DNA of 64,000 nucleotides from Perkinsus olseni (Eukaryota): NCBI GenBank assembly GCA_013115125.1, contig JABANN010000103.1, positions 1 to 64,000 of the forward strand, read 5' to 3'. Shown piece by piece: positions 12,001 to 22,764 of this stretch (position 1 is its first letter; each line of letters starts with the position of its first letter). The notes under the pieces were generated by a model. It saw only the letters and a program-made list of their open reading frames with translations, ran no database searches and was not told where the DNA came from. The position numbers and the translations under genes were made by a program.

Positions 12001-15000
12001 ACAATGAGTTAGAGAAATTCCTCGCCAAGAAAAAAGCCGCCGCAGGTGCGGCAGCGGATGACAGCATGACAAAGGTAACTGATCATGTGATAGCGTACTA
12101 AAGCTGACGCATAACGGGGTATACTACAATAGATATTGCACGGTTGTTTTCTCGTGAAAGTACAGGCGGATACGCATCTTACTAGGCTCCATATGAGCAT
12201 CAGTGTAACGGTAGCGATACCGCCTGCGAACCAGACCGAATTCGCCCCCTCTCTAACGAACCGAGAAAAACAGCTGGGGCAGCCTCTCACCGCTCAAACT
12301 ATCTCTCCTGCTTAGTGCAGGTGGTTGACTACTGGGTAACACATCTCGTGATGTATCTTATCGACATTCATGTGTCGACAACACGATGGCCTCCGTGTGC
12401 ATGATGTTCGTGTCAAGGTTCCTCTCCGGAGTCGAACAGGGGTCCTTCTGGAGAACATCCTCGCCGGCGAGCGGCCTGTGATCGAGCCATCTGACGTGAG
12501 CGTACAACGCCTGGACCTGGACCCCGCTACTGCGCGGGTTATCGGCTACCTATCGCGTTCGGCGACATCGTGGACCTTCAACGTCTTCACCTTGCGCGTG
12601 GGAAGAGGGGTTCCCGATAGCATTTTCATCCGTGTCTCCGGTACTTGGCGTCCAAGAACTGTACGAATATGGTACAGAGTTCGCAAGTCGCAGCCGCTTA
12701 TTAAGCGTTGCACGTTGATAGCTAGTTGACTCCCGTAGCTGTCGATTCCCCAGCTATCGTCCAAATCCCGCGCCCACAATTTCAACGAGTGTGGGCCTCC
12801 TCTTCAATTTTTGCTATGCGCACCATCGGCTTTTGGCTGGTTTCAGTACCTACTCGGTCACCCAGAAAGCCTCCCAGACCCGGAGGCATTCGACGCCAGC
12901 TACGTACCGGAGTTAGATCCGAGCTCGAAGAGACCGGCGGAGGTGCTCGCTGTGCCGAAGACAGCGCAAAGAAGGAGAGGAACGGTCTTCAGTCTTGTTG
13001 CACCGAGATTATCGTGATCTGCCTGCCTCAGTCCTTTTTCGAGATCTGCTTCGTCAGGACGCGTGGCTCGATCAGCGGTGGCGTCGTCAGCCACTCTGCA
13101 TTGGCGGTGAAGTTGAGCTCCCTCGGCAAGGATGTCGCGACAGGCACACTGCATAGAACCTTCAACACTCATGCTGCGCTGGGCGTGTTTAGTGATAGGT
13201 GAGGATAATTTGAACATTGTTTATGTATGCTTACAGGTTGTAACTTAGAGCATCAGTGTTCTCTTTGTTAGTGACTTACCCGAGCTTCCTCTACTACTAT
13301 GCTCCGGAATGTACTTCTTCTGTGTGGTGTCGGCATTCGGTGGTGAATATGGCCAAATCGGGCCGCTGAGCCCCTCAGGGAAGTTCGAGAAGCCAAAAGA
13401 TCAGCTGATTCAACCTGAGCGTGACCGTGCGTGCTCTGCCTTCTCGGAAATCTGGATGTTCTGAACCCTTCACGAGCCAAGTGCTTCGAATAGATCGGAG
13501 CGCTACGGCTCGGACCTTCCCAGAATGCCGAATCCCGACTTGAAACGGGACAATCTCCCAACCTTTCGAAAAGATGATCTCAACCTCCTCGACACTGTGG
13601 AGAGTCTGATTGGCTTTTTATCAGTGAAACTCGACTTGACGGCAACAGCCGAGTTCCTCAGTGGGATTGAGAAGGGTTGCCGATCTAGCAACCCATATCA
13701 CAATTCAATGCACACTGTCGAGGTGATGCAGGCGATGCTTGGACTACTAGTGTAAGCGGCTCCTCCGATTTCCCGAACATTCAGCGCGCTATGTATCGGT
13801 ATATCTTGCAGCTCACTCCAACAGGGACCGACGTGCCCACAGTTCTTTTCGGCTCAGGAGCTGCAGGCTGGGCTCTTTGCCGCTGCGGTAGCGCCTGTCG
13901 GCACTATCAACTGGTCTGTGGACCTTTGTTCAGATTCACGACTATGAGCACCCGGGGGTCGACAGTCCTTTTCTCGTCAACACGCACCATCCCATGGCGA
14001 TCCGATATAGCGACAACGCTGTGAGTGGAAGCTCCATCGAGTCTCTGTGGAACCTCATATCATCTCTAGTGGCATCACCTACCTCTGAATTTTTGGGTCC
14101 CTCAGGTATTGGAGAATCACCACTTGGCCGCAGCGTTCACTCTGCTCAGCAAGATGACAGTGAATCCAATGGAAGCTTACTCTGAAGTACCTCTCGTTCC
14201 ATCTTCCCGGTGGATTCTCTGAGTGGAAGTTCATGTTAGCTTTCGAACGCGCTCGCCTGCCGCCAGCCCTGCAGTTCCGAGTTTTCCTTTTGCCGTAGGA
14301 CGATTGGGCGTTATCCCGTAAGATGATAATCGAGATGGTCTTGATGACAGACAACCAGAATCATTTCACCGCATTGTCGGAACTGCGGTCAAAATTGAAG
14401 AACTCGCCTGCAACATTCCCAGGCGAGTGCCTTCGTTAGCTCAGCCGGTGAGACCGTCGGCATATACTCAGATAATAAGTGTGAGCACTCGGACCGCCAG
14501 CTCTTGCTGAATATACTACTGCATGCTGCGGATATCTCGTACCCCTCACGTGATATTGAGTAGGTTGAATGACTACGTTCGAAGGGGTCTCGAATGGTGT
14601 CCAAGAAACTCTCAGGGAGACTAGGGAGGGGGTTGTAGTTGCTTCCAGTCTTAGCAAGAGCATGATAAAATTTTTGTTCCGACAAGAATTGACTCATTGA
14701 TTGATTCGCGTCCTCCCTGTGAACCATGCTCCGTAGATTGGAGAAATGTGAAAGCAGGTGTTACCTTCTCTGGGCGCCCCGGGTAATGGAGGAGTTTTCT
14801 AGGCAGGGCGACTTGGAAAGGGACAAGGGAATGCCGCTATCTCCAATGCATGACCGGTATGTTCGTGAGATAGTACTGGCTAGTATAAGACTACTGTCAG
14901 ATGGGGTTTCCTTTCAGGGACAACGTGAAACTTTCTAAGTGTCAAGTTGGTTTTATTGATGTTCTTGTTCTACCGCTCTACCAGGTAGCAAACACTCCCA

Positions 15001-15587
15001 TCGAATCCCTCACTCGCATGTTCCGGGGTTCCCCATGTTCAGTTTGAGTCGCTATCACGGCTCCTGACGCTGACCCCGAGTCTGCAGTGCAGACCCAACT
15101 CAGTCCCTGCGTTGGTCATTTAACCTCGCAAACCTTCAGGTCTTAGCCCAGATGCTACCGGATCTCGTGAATGGGGAATGCCTCCCGAATCTTCAGCTCA
15201 GTCGCCAGTATTACGCGACGCGGGAAGACTTCGCACCAGTGGAAGGTCTGAGGCTCTCAGACTCTTGTTCTTGCTCCATGTTGTCCAGGTGCAGACATTG
15301 GGAATGGCCTCCGGTCGAGTCTAGCGTTTAAGCAAATGTCGAAGATAAAGTCATTCAACACTTCTAAGGTAACGGATGCATCACTCGTGACGTCATGGAG
15401 TTTACAACACAGGCATCGCTAATACTGGTGCCCGATACAGTTACTGGGCGACGCTTCCACCACCACGCCTAGCAGCCAAGAAGCGTCCAAGTGTGCAGAA
15501 ACTGGTGGAGATGCTGCAACGATATTGACGAGAGCTCGTCGCATCTTCGGAGACGTGATTAAATGCTTGATGAATCATAGACTCTGA
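9041..15587 (+). CDS. Membrane class I 3',5'-cyclic nucleotide phosphodiesterase with N-terminal TM region and S1-S4 voltage-sensor domain
   Basis: PDE motifs in order: WTFNVF (~12570), PYHNSMHTVEVMQ (~13695), IHDYEHPG..SPFLVNTHHPMAIRYSDNA|VLENHHLAAAF (13934-14140), MVLMTDNQNHF, LLHAADISYPSR (~14520), WAPRVMEEFSRQGDLERDKGMPLSPMHDR, KCQVGFIDVLVLPLY (~14940). Upstream exons encode TM helices and S1-S4 (11016-11591). Start codon uncertain. Confidence 0.9.
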
Positions 15588-16209
15588 AGATCGCGGTTTC
15601 ATATGCCGTCTGGGCACTTGGCCGGCTCCATGTCGGCGCAGCGGCAGTTCCGCTCTAGAAGTGTGGCTAGTCACGCTAGAGAATCATGCCCCGCTTCCTC
15701 CCTCTCTCCCCTTAGAATTTGATTGGATCGTATTCATACTAAAAATCTCATTCTTTGGCTGGAGATGTGCCTTTAGCACACTTCTCCGTTACTAGTGACG
15801 TACTGAGATTCGTGGTCCCCACAGGTTGTCGCAGCGTTGAAGCTGGCATTGAGATTGCCATGGCGACACCATCCGGTGCTTTCGGCCTCCATCAGTCGGA
15901 AGAAGAGGAGTGAGGATGATGTTATAATATGATGTCCAGACATGTTCTTGGAGTTCTGGCTTACTTCCCTCGAACCGGCACTCGTGCGTAGAGTTTTTCA
16001 ATTCAGCTTCCAAATGCTTCTGACGACAACAGTGTTGTCCTGTTATGACCATCGATCCGGAGACATCATCTGATCAAGTAGATTACGCAACATTACAAGG
16101 CGCTTTCGGTTGCTGACGATTTCAGTTCCATCGCCATATTCGTCATCCTGATGATCCATTCTATCTGCTAGTCTATGGGAAAGATCTCGAAGTCGGTACC
16201 ACCGGATCC

Positions 16210-17566
16210 ATGTCATGGAGACTACTCTCTGCCATTTTTTGTTTCGTTCTTCTTTGCTGCCTGAGATTTGCTGGCCTTTTTTGCATATCCCTCCCGCGGC
16301 TCTCGGGTAAAACGTCCTGGGGGAGGAAGGTACTGCTCAGGTTCCCGGAGAGAGTGTACCAGACTGTGACTGGAAGGGTGACACTTTACTGTCGTCACTG
16401 GCAACTCTAGGCGATCATGAAAAGCTTTCGAAACTGCTCGATGAAGCACCGGCAGATTTAGGAGATGTAGTTGACCGCCATTCACGTGCAATGTAGTTTC
16501 ATCCCATTTTCAGGTTAATAGACTCAACAGGTTCGGCCAGTCACCACTATTTCTCGCTGCGAGATGGGGCCATCATCAAGCGGCACAGGTAAGCCTCCTA
16601 GCTACAACGGAGCTCGAAATTTGATTCCAAACCTTCGAAACGGAGATCCGCGTTGAAACCTTCGACGCTGTGCAGCGGGAGCGTCACAACTTCCCTGCGA
16701 TGTTTTTGTGACGAGCCCCTTGAGCGCTTCTCTTGTCGCCCTTTAGTCAGGAATACAGTGGTGGAAACGATCTGGAGTGTGCTCTATAAAGAGAGTTTAG
16801 AATGGGTGTCTATCGTAGACTGCGATTCGTAGTCATATGCACTTAGTCGATACGTCTTGGGTCCTCAGCACAGGAGCTCAAACTGGGCGAAGATGGCCAC
16901 TAAGGTCTCTTGCTCTGCTCTTTTCTACACCACAAAAGAGCAGAGCTTCTGAAAGTGAGTGCTCGTCTTCCTAGGTTTTGCTTGTTCATGGTGCCGATCC
17001 ACACTGTGCCGCCGAGAGCTACAGCCATACTACGCCCATGATGGCAGCAGCGAGTGCTGGTAAAGTTGAGGTCGTGCGTACTATGCTCGGATGGCTGCTC
17101 AAGAAGGAGGGGGTGGAAGGGGGTGCGGTTCCTCCTCTGCATCGAGGCCTCCTAGTGGTCTATGTTTCTTAGTTCGTAAAGCTCTCCAAAGGACTGACCA
17201 CAACATGAACTGGACGTGTATCGTCGGTGCTGCCCGTTGGGGCCAGGTGGGCTCTGCTTCGGCTTGGTGAGTTCTAGATATACTCTCTCAGACGCAGACA
17301 GTTGAGCTCCTTGTGAAGTGCTTTCGTCTCTGTCCGGGTATACAGGAGGCATTCCTGGCCGACCAGCTAGCCCTAGCTGCTAAGTGAGTACCCTCCGGAC
17401 GAGCGCGCAGGGTCCTCGTGCTATCATCATGTCTCTCAGGTGGGCAAGACTCGGGAGGCACGGAGAGGTGTCAGACGTGCTGGCAATGTATGGATCAGAG
17501 AGCTCACCTGTGAAGCACGAGGCCAAAGTCGAGCTTTTGCGGCAAGTCCTCAGATGCCTCGATTGA
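16210..17566 (+). CDS. Ankyrin repeat protein
   Basis: Exons VNRLNRFGQSPLFLAARWGHHQAAQ|VLLVHGADPHCAAESYSHTTPMMAAASAGKVEVVRTML and WARLGRHGEVSDVLAMYGS are ankyrin repeats. Start approximate. Confidence 0.8.
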
Positions 17567-17986
17567 GGCGATATTTATATCCTGACGCTACTGTTGCGTC
17601 CTCAATAGCGCTCGTATTGGAGTGGATCTCGACCCTGGACCTCTGTGGGAATGCATGGCATCCCTCAAGCAGAGCATGAATTGCTGCTCCATTGCCAGCT
17701 CTTAATTCTCCCTGCCGCTCGTTGATTTTTCATGTCGAATGGTCCGTGGGGAGCGGAAAATGCGTTTGAGCGTTTGAACAGAGAAAATAGGTAGCACACA
17801 ATACTGCCACCGCTCGTCTCCACAACAGCCTTCAACCCTCTAGTTCTATGGGGTCCTCAGGTTGTGAGAGGCGTTTGATGCAGTTTGTCGTTGTAGTTGT
17901 ATCATCTTCACTACTGCGCTACCGGGATATTCGCTTCAGGGAGACAGCCGTGTTTAGAAGTCCGCGACTTCGGTATGATAGGCGTC

Positions 17987-18050
17987 GTAGATGTTAGGTG
18001 TGATGTTAGATGATAGATGTTAGATAGTGATGTTAGATAGTGATGTTAGG
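17987..18050. repeat. Imperfect minisatellite built on GATGTTAG
   Basis: gtagatgttaggtgtgatgttagatgatagatgttagatagtgatgttagatagtgatgttagg: five GATGTTAG copies at about 12-15 nt spacing. Confidence 0.8.
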
Positions 18051-18122
18051 TACCCCTTACATAGCTGAACTAGCAGTTTCTTTGCAGTTCTTTCATGCTC
18101 TCGTTTGTTCCAAAGTTATTCA

Positions 18123-19431
18123 ATGAAACCATTGGCAACAGACGACGCTTCAGATTCAGTCCTCAACGAGAGTGGTCTCTTTGCGCTCGTCGCGACCTTC
18201 CTCACCTGTGAGGAGCTCATCAGATTCTCCAGCACGTCTCACTGTATCAGGCAGATGATATACACACCTTCAGGACTTCTAGTCATTCCCCATATCGATT
18301 CCGTCAACAGACGTTTCGGACGAGCTACCAGTAGCGGAACGATACGGCTTCCTGGTATAGCGTGGAACAGGGTCCTCTCCTGGTCGTTGTATCTCCGTAA
18401 ACAACATCATGTTACATTCATGATGGAAGCACTGAAGATGGACTCTTGTCAGCTCTCTAATCTGCGGCTCTTGAGAATAATCGGTAACTACTCAGATAGT
18501 GCTGATTTACGGGAAACACCCGTGCCCCTCCTACGAGCGCTCGCTGGACGCTGTTCGAAGTTGGCGGTGTTTGAGGTGGATGTATTCTGTCGGCAAGACG
18601 TTATGAACGAGATGAGGCACTTCATTGGATGCTGTACTAAATTGCGACAACTGGATGTGTTATGTTATCACGATAGCGTGGGACCATGTAATATACGTGA
18701 CCACAGCAGGGTGGTCAATTCTCTCATAGCGTTCCTGGTCGAGTTTCAGTGGCATCATCTCTTCAGGTACTGTGGTGGACATCCTCCCGAACGAGCTGTC
18801 CCATCCTCAGCTCAATCGCATCGGTCTGGTTGGCTGCATGTCTCACACTATCGGTATTGATACACGGCAGATCTTGATGAGAGCTATCAGCCGACCTGAG
18901 TCGCTAACGCACGTCATACTGCGTGGATTGGTTCTCAAGGGGAGAGTTGATGAAATATGCGCCGTGGCTTCACTTCCTCATAGACTACCAGATCTCGTCC
19001 ATTGGGCTGTACGGGTGAATATGTTATGCTTCCCGTTGAGCCGAATCATAGAGGAGCGAGAAGCGACACCGCTGATGCTGTGGAATGTTCGATTAGCTGG
19101 TATGGAGAGCACTTGCATTGATTGCGAGGCCATTAGACCCGACAGGCTCGGTACAAAGGGACTGCCATGGCTTGATTTCCTGCCATACACCCAACTTGCT
19201 AGCAAGGCCGAGGAAGGCAGCCTGAGAGGGGTGGACATATTCCGAGCTGAATTCGGTCAGTTTCTCTCGGATACATCATTCCAAACGCGGCAAGTATCCG
19301 TGTGGGAGGAAGCCATCCGCCCCATGGTCGCCGCAACCCTGCTGAACCATTTGAAGAGACGATCAAGAGTGCGAAGCCGGGTGGCGAAGGTTTCAACCGG
19401 TGATGAGGCTCAGGCCGGAGCGATATTATAA
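18123..19431 (+). CDS. F-box-like / LRR-like protein
   Basis: N-terminal VLNESGLFALVATFLTCEELIRFSSTSHCIRQM (F-box-like), then CSKLAVFEV, CTKLRQLDV, SLTHVILRG LRR-like units. The two long ORFs are joined by one short intron at about 18711-18766. Confidence 0.6.
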
Positions 19432-19561
19432 TGTACGCGTCCACACTGATACATTGCTTTTGGGTTGAGTTACTGGGCGTCAACACGAGCAAAATACTTA
19501 GGAGGCAAATATCTACACTCGGATCATCAATCGTAAATTGGAAGGAACAGTAAAGCAATAC

Positions 19562-20553
19562 TCAATCAATACTTGCTGGGATTCGTGGAGTATCATTGCT
19601 CCCGACAGCAACACTTGGGGATGAATCGCTCAACTGGGGTGAACTGGCATTAGACGGTGTGGAGGACTCAAGGGGGTCCAACTCCTCGATTGATGCTCTG
19701 AGATACAGCGCCCCCATTTCCGAGGACCAAGAGAGACAACAACATGAGTTTGCTCATTAAGCTCCCGGGAGGGCAAGTAGCGATTGAGAATAAAAGGACA
19801 CAACCCGAAGGCCAGCGATTTTCACGAAATGTTCAGACCCTAGTACTAGAGAACGTCCGAAACTGGGACAGTGAAAAATCGTGGCGAAGATCACTCTGGC
19901 CCTCCCAATCGGGCAACGCTAATCTTCGATCTCGGCCAATCCACACGTCCCATGCTCGCCGTGCATGAACGTGAAAATCACGCGCGGAATTGAAGAATGT
20001 TGCGATGAGCCCTTCTAGTAGTGTGATACAACAGGTTCAACATTTTCGCTGGACTTACTGCATCAAATCATTCAGGTCGGTTGCCCATTGAGATACCGTT
20101 TTCAGCGGAGACTCCGCGAACAGTGGCGGTGGTGTGACTCCTCTGAACAGCATAGGCATCTCATGCAGACATGATTCCTCCGATAAAAATCTCATTTACC
20201 TCCACCACTGAAAGGCTCTGACCACAGTGAATAAGACGAGGGGAGCGTGGAAAATGAATGTCAGCTTGAAGAGAACCAGAGACTCCCCAACTGAAAGAAA
20301 TAAAAAAAATGCATAACGAAGAGCCACAGAACGTCTCACCTGCGAAGGCGAACGCACGAGAATTCACATGCAGTATCCTTGTCGAGACGAAGCCCCACGC
20401 CTTGTTATCGCCAACCCTAGCCGCCGCTTTCTCCATCAATTTATACCTGAGCGGATCGGGCAGGTACCGAAGATACCCGCCTGACGTGATCGTACATGGA
20501 CACGGAGTAACGTTTGAAAAAAGACGGCGTCTCTCGCTGATGACTCCGGCCAT
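19562..20553 (-). CDS. Spliced hypothetical protein
   Basis: Minus-strand exons MAGVISERRRLFSNVTPCPCTITSGGYLRYLPDPL..., FHVHARRAWDVWIGRDRRLALPDW and terminal SEMGALYLRASIEELDPL...PASID*. Confidence 0.45.
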
Positions 20554-22764
20554 CCTGGTGTTGTTGTTGTTGTTGCTCTCCAGCGGAGCCTCCCGGTGAT
20601 TGGTGGTTCCGCCCATTGTGCGAGTGATGCCCATTAGCCCACTTACGAGGGCCAAGGTTGCTACTACGCTGCAATTTAATGCGATCGGCCAAGGGCTCGT
20701 ACCTGCTATCATACGATTTGATCAGAGTACAAGCACGAGCCATGCTTCCTACTCCCTTAAGAAATACCCGCTATACAATACCCTTTACCCTAGTGCTATT
20801 CAATACAATACCCATAACATCGTACTCCAGCTACAATATCCTGCAATATGCATTCCAGTCACGGGGCGAATTCAGCAGGAGCAATATATTCAACTATCAC
20901 GCCTAACGCAGCTAACGAAGGCAGAATATCGAAAAGGATATAGATATTGGACACGAGTACTACCAGTATACCTCTATGCCTAATGATCCAACAAATGTAC
21001 CTCCATGCGCATACACAAAAGGAACATCGCCCCCGATCAGACAATGAGGTCCATTCTCGTTGCGCATTGACCAGTACTCTCACCATCTTACTATACACGG
21101 ATTTCATACGCCGCCCACCACGATCCTTTAAACACCTAGTTAGCCAAACTATACATGTTTCACCGCGCAATACATAAATAGACGTCGACTCTTCTCATAA
21201 AACTCATCACAACTGTTGTCATTCGCTGATGGTGCACTACAATGTACCATTGGTACGTTGATATAGTAACATTCTCAACGAGTGTTGCGTCTCGCGCGCT
21301 AATTCCCCCGTTGACAAAAACAGTACGTGCAGTACCTCTCGTTGGCCCATGAAAACATCCGCCTTCGATGCTCAACAAGCCGACCACGCTGCCGTTCTCG
21401 CCATACGCCAGACCGAGCCAGCAACTCCGGGTAGAAGTAGCACCAGGTCCTGTCCAGAACACTCTCAAAATACTGTGACCTTGAAAGTGAGTGACCGCCC
21501 ATTATCACCTTCGCAATGGTTGAAACCGCATGCATATGCCGATCATAGTGAACCAGGTTATATATTTCCCAGCAACGAAGCACCCAATGACCTTGGGTAT
21601 ATCTTCCGGTACTAGGCCCTGCTTTCCTAGGTACACCGTGAGCCTGTCCTTTATCCCCATGATAATGTTGGAGAGTTGGCAGCACCTTTATAGGGGATGT
21701 AATAAAAAGTAAAATCTGCAATCGGAGACGATAATATACGGGAATGGACCCACGCTGCTACTCCTTCAAGACAACCCTTGCGCGTTACTAACGCGGCGTT
21801 GATACTACTAACTTAGTAGCGACGGGCTAAGGTCACACAACTAGCACATGAATTGATCGGCCTCGTCAACCGAGGGATAGGTGATTCGCGGACAGGGCGT
21901 AGTTAACGGAGCTCCTTGAACCTCTCAAAACGTAAAAGTTTTACGGTAAAACCTTGTCCAGCGGCAAAATCGTAGCACACTATGATTTAGAGTCGCATGT
22001 ACCTAGTCGCGGCCAGGTCGCCGATGCCAAACTACTGAGTATCGCTGAGAATTATGGCAAACATCTTGCGCACATTGTGAGAATCTCGCCTCCCACCTCC
22101 CTGAATCTACGGTTTAACCAATCTCGATTGACAACCTGAGACTCCGTCCCATCCTCCGACAGTATTTGTGACTGGATCATTCGCAGATCAGCGCACCAGC
22201 AGCGCGGATGGATGTTCTGGTCCCGTTCTTCTCATCCTGATTGTCGGGTATGGAGGGGGGGGCAAATCATTCTGCCACGCTGCTCCGACTGAGCTTGGTC
22301 TGAATGCGTGACGGGAAACCGTCCGAAATTCCCGAGTCAATACCTTCCTCTGCCTCCTCTAACAGGGTCGCCTGTCGAATCACGACCCGAAAATCTGATA
22401 TGGCACCCGAGTCGGGTGACCTGACTCCCGCGCAGGCTCATGTCCGAGCGCAGGAGCTAGTAGTTTTGGAATGCGCTTTCGTCGCGCTCGCCGCGGAATT
22501 CTCATCGCGCATGTCGGAGTTAAGTCGGGATCGGTTAATGCGGGCCGGGTGCCCCCATTGACTGCCTCTCCTGAGTTTCAAGAGTGCTCCTTGGATCGTC
22601 TTTTACATGTTGAATTCTTGGGAGCGCTCCTGGGATTCGGGTAAGGTCTGTTCAACACTCCCTCATGGTGTGTTCTGTGTGGGCTTCAATTTCGAGATTT
22701 CACCTGGAGAATTTTGCTCTCGCATTGTGTGGATCCACTCGTAATTGAACCATGCTCTTCATCG

